Origin: Chlorokybus atmophyticus
Lineage: Eukaryota; Plantae; Mesostigma and Chlorokybus algae
NCBI GenBank assembly: GCA_009103225.1
Contig: RHPI01001202.1
Location: forward strand, 367,206 to 431,205
Length of the DNA: 64,000 bases
Reading direction: 5' to 3'
In this document: piece by piece, positions 49,815 to 61,293 of the stretch
Layout: every line of letters starts with the position of its first letter
How positions within the stretch are numbered: position 1 is the first letter of the stretch
Notes under the pieces: model-generated
The model's database searches: none
What the model saw: only the letters and a program-made list of their open reading frames with translations
What the model was told of the DNA's origin: nothing
Translations under genes and position numbers: made by a program

Positions 49815-50911
49815 GCGCGAGTATGTAGCTGAGGGTATGCGTGCACACGTATGCCCATGTCCAACCTCTGCGCAACAAAACGCATGCACACACATACACG
49901 CGCATGTGCACACTTGCGCGCACATGCACAACACAAGCTGCAGGTGCACCCGGGGGGTGTAGTAGAGGAGGGCGAGTGGGCAGAGGACGCCTTTGCTGGC
50001 ACGCACATGTCGTGCCCCATCCCCGAAGCCCGCCGCGCCGCCGCCGAGGCCACGCGCCTCGCCACCCGCACCCGCACACTCCTCACCCCTGATCATGGTA
50101 AGCTTGTGTGTATGCAAGCGTGTGCGTGTGTGCGTCTGTATAGGTGCGTCTCGCGCGTGTGTCTGCTTGCATGCATTTGCCTGAGCACTTCAACCCACAC
50201 ATGCACATGTGTCAATTGCATAGCCCTAACCCTCACTGCATGCATGCTGCACAGGCGAGGAGGGGCCGTCTACCAGCGGTGCTTCTTCAACATCATCATC
50301 TGAGGCAGACGCCAAACCAAGTACACGCCAGCAGCGGCCTGTTTCACATGCAATGGCCGCGATATCGCAAAGCGCTCGGGTATGCCTTGAAACAAGTTAT
50401 ATGTATGTTGGGTTTATGCGTTAGCTGACTTGATTTGTGGTCGAGTTGTGCGCAGCGGTTTTGGCACAACTTGCTGCATCAACCAGGTAATGGGGCCCGC
50501 GCTGATGGCAGAGTTAGGTTGAGCACAGATGAACACCATAGCCACAGGCCGAGGGCATAACGTGATTGTCAACTCAACATTCTGTTGGGAATGTACATAC
50601 ATGCAAAGCCGTGTGACAATGTCGTTGTAGCTTGTGTGATTTCGGTTGACGTGGTGAGCTGTGCATTTTGTGTTTGAGTGACAATAACATGGGTGCGGGG
50701 TGAGAGGGACAGCGAGCCAAGTGAATGTGCAAGCTAGTTATTGGGATGTTGTTTGACAGGTTGCAGGTCAGTCACATGAGAGTCACTTCAACAATTGCGC
50801 ATGACCTGGGCGATTTGTAATAAAGTCACAGTCTGTCTTGGTCACATCATTGTTGCGTCAGCATCAACAATGCAACAGTGGTTAACAAGAGGCCTGCGGG
50901 CAACAGTATAA
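49052..50911 (+). CDS. MORN-repeat protein; multi-exon
   Basis: YPDGARYDG, FPDGDRYEGEFRDNTMHGLGVYTW, GAHYAGWWRANRMHGCG and GVVEEGEWAEDAF. The 3' end is uncertain: read-through stop at 50424, or two more small exons ending at 50911. Confidence 0.8.
49778..49812. repeat. (CA)n microsatellite in a MORN intron
   Basis: Direct reading of the sequence. Confidence 0.9.
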
Positions 50912-51390
50912 ACATTGCGCATGCAGGGTGGGCTACTGATCGCACACTGCCCAACCCTGCTTACATAAGAGGCATACAATCTTTTGTGCGCCAGCAGTCT
51001 CGCATCCTCCATGGACATTTCTGTCTCGCATTGTTTGTACACAACCTCCGTCCCAACCAGTACTTGTTGCACATTAAGTGCACACTCAACCCAGCATTGT
51101 CACAGTATGCTCTGTGGTACACATCTCTCTCGTCTCGCACATTCCAACCATGAAGGTGCCCCGACCGGTACCGGGTCTTACTTCAAACAGCTTGTCTGCA
51201 CACCATGCAACGTAAAGACGGAGCAGCTTATGCAGCCATACCTTTTCAAGACCTTTTAACAGGGCGTGATAAAGAATAAACTTGTTTTATAACAGGAGTA
51301 GCAACTGTCGCAGACCTCAGGCATAAACGAGAGGCCTTGCTGTCACGGCTGACAGCTACAAATGTACAACACACTACTGCTACAAAGAAC

Positions 51391-54300
51391 CTAATCCTGC
51401 TCCATGGGCTCCTCTTCATCGCTGCCTTCCGCTTCCCCTTCCTTGAAGTCGAGAGAGAACTCGTACTCCTGATCGCATCCCATATACGAGTCGCACATGA
51501 AGAACAGTGTGTAGTCATATTTGCCAGCCTTTGATGGAGCCGCAAAGTCCAGCTTTAATTTGGATCGCGTCTGAAGGGACACCCTCTTAATCGCATGCAG
51601 CGTGTTGTTCTTGGGGTCACCCACAACCAACCACCATCCCTCTTCCTTCACCTGTTGCACAGGTACAAGTCTCACATCAGTGAATGCATGTCATGTGCAA
51701 GTTGTTTGACCTACAACCAGCGTTGAGGACATGTGTAAAAACCATCAACAGCCTTTGCCAGCTCATGAAGCACAGGCCTAATCATCGTCTGTGTCAAGCG
51801 ACAGGCCCGCACCTTTGGATAGCGGGTAGCAATGACAGGGCCAAGTTCCTCGCTTGGATCCACCTCACGCTCAAGGGTGACTTGCACCACAACGGTGTCG
51901 CCTGTGGCAAGCTCCTCTGCATTGACAACCTGATGCGTGAGGTCAATGTTGGGGTATCGGTTGCACCACTTGGCCACGTCGAGGAGCTGCGCATCGGATA
52001 GGCTGAGCAACTCTCTTCTGACATCGTCCTCAAGCTCCACAACATCAAAGACAGTCTCAACACCCTTGGCCTGCGTCAAAAACATGTTCAGCTGGCATGT
52101 ATGTGAATTAATCAATCAATTAGCGGAGCGGATAAATCAAGGGCACGGATGTAGCCTTACCTGGCATCGCGCGACGATCTCCTTGTTGAAGTGCGGGAGC
52201 TGCATGAGAGGGGAGTCCCTTTCCCAAAGAGCCTGCGTCACCATCTGCGACAGCTCCATGCTGGCCAGCGCGGGATTTAGCCAGCCGCTGCTGGAGATGA
52301 CATCCACCATAGCCTGCAGCAGCCGCGTCGAGTCCGCAACAATGCGCTTCTGATCGCCCATAAGATCCCCGGCAACATGTGACCTTCCAAAGTGCGCCTG
52401 TGGAAGAAGACAGTCAGCAACATGTACACATGTGCACGGTGGCAGAGTACCCTGGTTCTCACCTGAAGCAATGCATTGGCCTTAACATGCGGATCGGTGT
52501 ACTTGGGGTTCTCCATGCTCAGCCTTTGATGCATGACAAGCTTGCGTACCGACTCCTCTTCACCAGCACGCACAGGGATGGCATCGAACTCGGACGCTGA
52601 GGACAAGATCTCGAGCAGACCCTTGAGTTTAGTTTTGGCCGTCAGCGAGGAGCTGAACAGCTCAATGGTAGTGTAGGTGATGTAGTAGTAGGCTGCAATC
52701 ATGCCCAGGTTCAAAGGAGACAAGTCCATCTCATCCTCAATGGAGATGCACTTGCTTTGTTGCAAGTCAGAGAGCGTTGCTTCCACCAAGTCAGAGAGAT
52801 GATCTGAAAGGTGTCTGTGGCTCACGCCTTGGAGGTTGTAATAGTTGGGGTTCTGGGTGAGACGGCGATACAGGAACGTCCAAGTCAGGTAGTCCACAGC
52901 ATCCTGCTTGTTCTCAATCGTCCTAGTGACGATCTCCGCATTCATGTGGTCGTGCAGGAAGTGATCCAGGTGGCTTTCAACAGGGAAGGGTTCGTGCAAG
53001 AAGCGTTTGTAGTATTCCTTTCGTGGGGCATGGCACATGATAAGAGCCTTGCCGCTGTCATCGACAAGGGGTCTGCTTGCCCGACCGATCATCTGCAGCA
53101 GGTCTGTGATGGGGTAGTCTGACTGTGCTTGAGCACTGGCATCAAAGTACTGCGTGCCCATGACAATCACCAAGTGGCTGCTAATTGTCATCCCCCAGCA
53201 AAGAGTGGCACTGGAAACCACCACCAAGATTGCGCCAGAGTTGTACAGCTTCTCCACAACTTCGCGCTCAGCTGGCTGCAAGCCCTCATGGATGTAACCG
53301 ACACCCAAGCTGATGGCATGCTTCAATGCAGCATCGCGCACTCTTGCCAGGAAAGGCTGCAGGTCTTCTTCCTCGCAGCGCAAGAAGCGCTTCGGCTCAC
53401 CTTCAGATGCAGCATACGCCACAATATCCAGTGCAGTAAGCCGCGCGTGTTTGCGAGTGGGCACGAACACGATGGCGGGCTTGTCATCTTTAACATTGTT
53501 GACGCACGCCGTGTACACGGGCTTTGTCATTGCCTGCATCCGTGCCTCAAAGTTCTGGATGTCAACACCCTGGATGCGCACTTCAAGTGGCACCGGGCGC
53601 ACGTTCGGATGGAAGTTGAACAGGCCATGCGAGCTTGCCCCTACCCATTCGCCAAGATCCTTGGCATTGGCCAATGAAGCTGACAAGCCAACAATGCGCA
53701 TGGGATGGTCTGTCTGGCTGCCAATGTAACGCATGCGTGACGTGATGACCTCCAGCACATGCCCATTATCTCCACCAAGCAGGTGAAGCTCGTCCACTAT
53801 GTACAAATCTACAGCTTGCACATTCTTCCTCTGCTTCCAACGCCGAGAAAGCATGTCCCACTTGTCCGGGGTGCTGCAAACACGAAGAGTTAGTGGGGGT
53901 GGTCACGACAACATCATTGACTATGCATGTACATTAGCATGTAAGCCTTACCTAATGATGATCTGCCCCTTCTCAAGTAACTTGAGATCCGCTTGGGTCT
54001 CGCCCGTGAGCTCAACAACCCGCAGGCCCAACCCAGCCCCGAACTTGTTCTGCCAATCCGCAATGCGCTCTTTGGCAAGAGCATCCATGGGTGCGATATA
54101 CACGCAACGGACATTCGCCCCTTGCTCGGCCTTCTGCAGCATGCGAAGGATGGCAAACTCTGCGCACACAGTCTTGCCACTGCCGGTTGGAGCCGCGATC
54201 AAGGCATTGTCGTCTGTATTGTACAAGCACGTGAACACTTGGGTTTGAATGGGGTTGAAGTGCGAGAACTTGGCAGAATACAGCGACACATAGGGCGGAT

Positions 54301-57300
54301 GGCGCAGAGCGGTCACGGGAAGTGGCTGCAAGTCCAGCAGCTCGGTGGGTGGAGGATACTTCTCAGGGAGGATCAGGTGGCGGAAGGAGACAGGCAACAA
54401 TGTTTCAGCACCCAACCACCTGTCTGAGACGACCCGGATGAAGTACTGAGGCGGCAAAGGCTCAAACACGGGCACTGTGAATGAAACTGTGTGATCATCC
54501 TCAGCATACTGCATCTTCAGCACAAAGTACTCGTAGTGAAGGATGTTCTCTCCATCATTGTCTTCGACAAGGATCCAGAAAGGCTCAACAAAGCCGTGCA
54601 CCTTCTCCTCCCATTGGAAGTCTGGCGTAATGGTAAGGTCTATCTTCAGCACTGAGCGTGTAATGGGTTGGACGTGCGCTGCAAGCTCCAACTTAGGGAA
54701 CTGGTGGATGAACTTGTGTATGGTTTTGCCCATCTTCGGGAAACGAATGAGCTCGCCAATCTCTTGAGATGACAGATCATAGTAGCGCTCCCACACCAGG
54801 TCCTTCTTCTCGACCTTGGACAGAATGTCGCTGGAAATGCCCTTGAACTGCCTCAAAGGCGTCTGGCTTCCCCACATGCGCCGAGAGACCATCTTGCACA
54901 GATTCAGCGCTTTCAAAGCCAGGTTAGCCCACCCTCGTCGCAGTACAATCTCAAACAGGGCACGCATCAATCGCCCGGCACTCTGTTGAAACAAATGACA
55001 AAAAGTTACATCATGCCCGTATGGCTGCCAATCACTGACCATACAGCGACCTGTTAAACTTGCCGGCTTATTAATAGAGACAAGGCTTACCTGTGTGACA
55101 AACACCATGTCTGCCACAAGCGCCAGTCCTTCCAGCTTCAGTTGCGAGATGTAAGCTTGCAGCAACACATTGATCTTGGCACTCGGCTCCTCCAGACTCT
55201 CTTTGACAGGAATGGGAACGCGTTCAATCAGCTTGGCAAGCTCAATCTTCTCCTCTTCTCGCACGGAGACATACTTGAACTCCTCGCTCAAAGCAAAGAG
55301 ACGGCATAGTTCAATGTCGGTTGTGGTTGGCTTTAGGTGCTCATTGTATGTGGCGATGGTGCCATGGGTGACATAGTAGTGGCTGGCTATGCGCCCAAGG
55401 TCTGTCACCTGGAACAAGCCACTTCTGCGGTCGTAATTGATCAAGCTGTGCTTGTCAAGTAACGCTGCAGCAGTGTGCACCTGCATGAACAACGGATAAG
55501 TGAGCAACCTCTGCACCATGCACACAGAACAGCACATAGACCGTACGTGTCAAAGGGATGCCAAACAGTGACATGTACTTGGTATCTTACCAAGTCTGCA
55601 CGCCGCCCTTCAAGCATAGGATCACTAGCCAGCTCGTCATGTGACACGCCGTACAAGGTCGGGTTGCGAAGCATTCGGATGTACAAGTAGGTGTAACCAA
55701 GCCAGGTCACTGCCTCCCTGGCATTGAGCACGGTGCCGAGCACAACCTCTGCATTGAGATTATCAGCGAGCTTGCTGATGTACTGACTCTCGATTGGCAG
55801 CTGCTGGTTCATCAAGGATAGGTAATAGAGCAGCTCAGAATGTCCTGTCAACACGATGCCAGTCCCATATGTATCAAAAGCTGGGCGTCCAGCTCTCCCC
55901 AACATCTGCATGATGTCCAGCGGGCTGAGCTCTTCCCAGGCATTTTTCTCTGGGTTGTAAACCTGAGTGCCCTTGATGATCACGGTGTGGGCAGGCAGGT
56001 TGACTCCCCATGCCAGCGTGGCTGTTGAGACGAGAACTTGTACGTGCCCGTCGGCAAACAATTCCTCCACAAGAGTGCGGTCAGCGCGTGCCATGCCTGC
56101 ATGATGAATCGCAAACCCATATGGCAGCAAATTCTTGAGGTCTGCATTCTTGACAGACTCGCTCTCTGTTTGCAGAATTTCACGGCTAGCGCTGTCCTCT
56201 CGCAAGAACTTTCCAAGAGTGTCGTTGGCCATCGCAGCGTCCAGCACGGCCTTTGCTGTCTTGCCGGTCTCCTTGCGGGAATGGACAAAGATCAGGGTCT
56301 GGTGCTTGCCAGCAGACTCCATCACCTTTTCATAGGTGATTTCATTCATCAGCTGAAAGCGCTGCAAGGGCTTCTTGACAGTGACTCCAATGAACTGCTG
56401 TGCAAGCGGCACTGGACGGAAACTGCAAGCACAGTCAGCATGAGAAAAGTTACCCTACAGGGCCATGGATGCTAAACACCTGTAAAGAAAATCAAGTGCC
56501 AGCTGGGAAGAAAGCAATCAATCACATGCTGCTTCTTTGCTTGGTATTCATCATACCTGTTGTCAAAGTGGAACAGCCCCTTTGCAGGGTTGACGCGAAG
56601 GAAAGTTGCAACATCAGCATAGTTGGGAAGTGTAGCACTCAGCCCAACAATCCTAATCAACTCCTGTGAAGTTTCAATCTGCCGGACTGTGCGCGCGACT
56701 AGTGACTCCAGGACTGGCCCGCGAGAGTCATGCAGCAGGTGAACTTCATCAATAATTAGCAGGCGCACGAGCTGCGTATACGTCCTGTCTCCACTCTTTC
56801 TGGTAATGATGTCCCATTTCTCGGGTGTGGTGACAATAATCTGGGTCGCCTCAATCTGAGCCTTGGTCAAGGTCTGGCAAGCACAAACAAGCTGAGTGTT
56901 GCATATAACATATACCATATGCATAAGAAGACAGAAGCCCTGACTGACTTCAAAGCTTGAGCAGTTGAGCATCAAAGTACTCACCTGGTCACCAGTCAAC
57001 TCTTTGACAGAGATGCCATACGACTGCAGCCTGTTCTGCAGGTTGCCTACAAGCTCTGCAACCAACGCCTTCATAGGAGCCACATAAACACACTTAAAAG
57101 CGGCCAAGTCAACGGTACCATCCTCTTTCCGATGCAGACCAATCTGATGCAATATGGCCAACATGGCCACATTGGTTTTTCCAGCGCCCGTTGGAGCGCA
57201 CATCAAGATGTTCTCTGGTGTGAACAGTGCAGTTTCATAGACACGGCTCTGAATGCGGTTTAGAGACTTCATCCCACTGAAAGCTGGTCGTGCCCAGTCT

Positions 57301-59604
57301 GGCAAGTCTTCAATCTTCTTGAGCTCTTCATTCTCAGCAAAAGGCTTAGCTTTCAATGCTGGCACATGGACCTCTTCATAGCCTTTCTTGGTTGTGCGGT
57401 ATGACCCAGGAGGCAACTTGAAGTCCTGGTTAGACATGAAATGTCCTCGCTGTTCAAATGATAGAGACTCCAAGTCCAAAACCTTCCGCGTTCGCGCCCA
57501 GGCGGAATCACCGGGGCCTGTTGCATCTCTTGCGATGCCGTTTTCTACCTCTCGCAGCTTCCGAGCTTCTTCACGAATGCTGCATTGGTAGGATATATAC
57601 AATCAGTGACAACATGTGCTTGTACAACACCAGAGCACCACTACTGGTGAACATGGCAAAAACAGCGGAATGCAAAATAAACTGACCTTCGCTCAAGGTT
57701 TTTCTGACGCTCCTTGGCTGTGGCACGCGTAGCATGTAGTGACTCGAGGATTGACACAAGTGCAGGATCGCCCATCTCCAGCATCTGGTCCTCAAGTGCC
57801 TTGCGCTCCTCTTCATTTTCTGAACGAGCCAGTTTTGTGCACCAAACAACCCTCTTCCTGTTCTTAAGTAGCTTCTTAATCAGGTCAAATTTGTCGTAGT
57901 CCAGCAGAACTACAAGACGATTCTCAACTTCGCGATCATCGCCTTCACTCAGTGTGGCCATAACCTGCAGATAGACAGATGTAAGCACAAGCTGTAAGCC
58001 ATCAGGCTGTACACTGTTGCAAGCATGGTTACAAACAAGGAGTAGAGACTTACCTCTTCGCTCAACTTCTGGCTGGCCTGAGGATCAATTGTGCCAAAGG
58101 CTTTTGAGATCTCTCGTTGCAACCAGTAGGCATCAATGTCCAACACGTTGATGCCATCCTTATCTTCTCCGCCCCCGTCATCATCGTCAACCCCTGCCAT
58201 CTGCATGCGCCGTTTGCCCTCCTCATCGAGGTCATCAGCATCATCGTCGTCATCAGGCAGCTGGTCCAAGTCATCCTCCTCCTCATCCTCGTCTTCAAAC
58301 TCCACAGCCACACCAATGTCGTCATCAAGAACATCCCCGGCGGATGTGCGGTCTTCTGTCGCGTGCCCATAGTCTGTTATCAGCTTGCCGATCGCCACTA
58401 GCTGGGCAAACTGCTCACTGGACAAAGCATTCAGAAGCTTCTCAATCTCCTTCTTCTTGTCCAAATCTTTCAACTTTTCAGTTTTAAGCAGAACTAGCAC
58501 TTCATCAGCTGCGCCGCGCAGGATATCCTGCAAAACAAGTTAGGTTAGGCCGATTTTAACATCCCAATTATACCAACAGCAATAGTCATGATTGAAGACT
58601 GCTATCACACAACCTCGTAGGCATGGTCTGCATGTTGATATCAGAGCAAATCTCATCAACAACCAACATCACCTAGCAATCAGCATGCCGCAACTTACCC
58701 TGGGCTGGTCACCAAACTGCTGCTGGATACTGCTGAGGAGTGCTTCATAGGCTGCACGCGTCTCCTTCGTCTTGGGCTGATACAGCCCATCTGTGCTGAT
58801 GTTCAAAACTGTGTCTGTATCCATCTTTTTCCGCTTGCGCGGTTCATCACCAACTCCCCTTTCTTTGGCGTCCCGTTTCTTCGCCTGTACATCAAGCAAG
58901 GTTCGACACACACACACGCTCAGCTCAAACTCGACTTGCAGGAGAGTTGTTCTGCCAACCATACGGATACTTTGTCAACCTGATCCTACCAGTTTCTCTA
59001 AACATACCTTTGCCTTTTCTTTCTCAACAACTTCAGCAGGCTTTCCATACTGTACACGATCTCCAAAACTCTTGGGGTCAATCTGAGCGACAACTCCGAT
59101 GGATGAGTGCCAAATGTGAAATGCGTGTATTTCTTTGTAGAGCTGATAACACAAATTCATCAGATATAAGCGTCGCCCACCTTTCCCCACAATGTCTCAG
59201 GTTCGCCAGTGGGTTCGTTGCTAGTCCTAGTCCTGTTGTCTGTGGTCAAGACGAGACTGGAGTTCTGTTGGGAGACAGAGAGTCAATTGGTAAGCATGCT
59301 GAGATGTTCCGCAAATAATCAAACCTGAGCTGCATTAAACTCCGCCTACTACTAGTGCTTGCTTGTGCAGCTCTTGGCAAGAGAAAGCAGCAGCGCAAGC
59401 TGCATCTGTTGAACCATGCATGCAACCCGTCTCACACAACATGCACCTAGAATGCAAAGCAACGACAACCATGCTGCTGCAAAGATCAGTTGCTGAAGCC
59501 AGCAGCCAGCTGTAACAAGCATCACTTACCGCTCGGTACTCGTACTGCTTGAAGCGAGCATGCGCTTCCGCTCCTCCCCCCTCCAGCTCCCGTTTGGGCG
59601 GCAT
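51391..59604 (-). CDS. BRR2: U5 snRNP 200 kDa DExH helicase Brr2/SNRNP200; about 15 exons
   Basis: [22 protein letters not shown]-terminus. Two helicase cassettes ([25 protein letters not shown] and [25 protein letters not shown]), two Sec63 units and C-terminal [13 protein letters not shown]. All introns read are GT-AG. Confidence 0.98.
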
Positions 59605-59724
59605 GACGGGCGGTCTCCAAAATTACCTTCTCTATTGACTCCTATCCTTGTCTCCTCCTCCTCCTTTTCCGCCTGCTCCCTCACTACCGCCGCCGCCGCC
59701 GCGGCCTTGCAGGCACAAGTACAC

Positions 59725-59754
59725 AGCCCATGACGCACTGCATGGTTAGGGTTT
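59725..59754 (-). promoter_or_regulatory. Telo-box plus site II-like motif upstream of BRR2
   Basis: AAACCCTAA on the minus strand (59754-59746) and TGGGCT (59730-59725), 120-150 nt upstream of the ATG. Confidence 0.5.
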
Positions 59755-60113
59755 CTCTACCGGCCTGCTGGCTGGATATACGCATATGCAAGATATTGTG
59801 AATCATGAGATCACCATTGGAATGGCATTGGTGCCATAATGATTATACAGGCAATCACGGCAGAAGCGTGCTTGCACATGTCTCAGGCAGACGTGAACAT
59901 GCTTACACCCAACAGCAGAAGTCGACTCTTGCGCCGACACGTAGTTGCATGGCACACGTCGACGTTGGCTGATCTATGGCTACGTCCACGCAGGTTCACA
60001 ACTCTAATGCAAGCGCTTTATCACTGATAGTCAGAACTCCTGATTTGGATGTGCAGGCATGCACTAGGCCTAGACCTATAGCGTGTCGTAGTGTACAATA
60101 ATATCAACACGTA

Positions 60114-60897
60114 CAGTCTACTCTCCTTATAAGTATACACTTGGTCCTTGGAAAACATATACTTATAGAGTATACATGTTTACCTCCATATAAGTATGCA
60201 ATATATTTACATGTATATAAGTATATATTATGCATATAAGCAGAGCAACCGCATAATCAGTATCGTCTTTGCTATAAGTATATGTATGCTTATAGTTAAT
60301 GCACACTGCAATGGGAGGTTTCAAGCAAGTTCATGCACACCAACATGCTGCGTGTAAGTGCCCGATAACATGTGTGTCTCACTTTTGTGATGCGGATATC
60401 ATCATTAGCGCAAGCAAACACAATAATGTATATGTATTATGCGGCAACTACGCTAGTCCTTCTCATCTACATCTTCTACGCGCGGATGAAAAAATGAGTG
60501 AATGGTGCTCTGTCTAGCACTAGACACACCGAAAATGTGAAGATGCATCAACTTATTTCTCAACTTCATAAGCGCCATCTGCTCCATTTCATTGAAGTCT
60601 TCAGAAGCTTCGATGATAAAAGCGTCAAGTGCATCCACATGTTGCATCGCTTCTCTCAATGTCGGCGCATGAGGGGGCTGATTGTCAGGGTCATCTGTGC
60701 ATGCTAGTCTTAGCAACATGTACAACCGTTATCATGCAATTGCATATAGTGCAGGCACCACACCATCTATAACAGCACCACCGTCGCCGGTGATGCCCCT
60801 TCAATCCTCTACCCCAACACCCACACCGCCTATGACAAGCCTCTCAACGGCGTGGCCGCCATTGAGCAGAGAACTGAAAGACCCCACATCAGATTGA
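60114..60897 (-). mobile_element. 3' end of a pogo/Tigger-like (Tc1/mariner superfamily) DNA transposon
   Basis: TA at 60112-60113 followed by TIR-like CAGTCTACTCTCCTTATAAG; repeated tataagtata subterminal motifs. Minus-strand peptide PTLREAMQHVDALDAFI...RQSTIHSFF resembles pogo/Tigger transposase C-termini (QxxIxxFF). Confidence 0.65.
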
Positions 60898-61293
60898 TGT
60901 GACCTCTTATATATCAAGAGTATACTACCTATATACCTCTCGATAATTAACTCACAACTAGACATCGACCCTACCGATAGGGCAGTTAGAAAATCTAGCG
61001 TGAGCTAATCACAGCTCAGATAAGGTACCTATCGATAAAGTACCTATCCAAAGATACCTATCGTAAGGTACCTAACGAGATAGTGATCACATTTTATCAA
61101 ATGTGACATTAAATAGGCTTGAATAAGCGGTTCTACACCCATTGGGACTTATTTAAGCTATGATAAAGCATCATAGCCTTTGATAAGCGAGGAACCGTAG
61201 AAAAGAGGTATAAATAAGCATATTTGAATACTTATTCATACAAAAAGTTACTTAGGTAGCAATAATACGCCTATTATTATTGCTCCCGTTACA
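60898..61293 (-). mobile_element. 3' LTR of the Ty3/gypsy element
   Basis: On the minus strand it starts TGTAAC immediately after the polypurine tract and ends GTCACA at a sharp composition shift; AT-rich, with internal tacctatc repeats. The end at 60898 is inferred. Confidence 0.75.

Noticed and set aside
51937-58401. Long plus-strand ORFs overlapping BRR2 (e.g. 53129-53677, 56038-56475)
   Set aside because: Antisense shadows of the BRR2 coding frame; the same applies to shadows over SEC63, ENPP and the gypsy pol.
51391-59604. Non-canonical (U12, AT-AC or GC-AG) introns in BRR2 and SEC63
   Set aside because: All junctions read were GT-AG.
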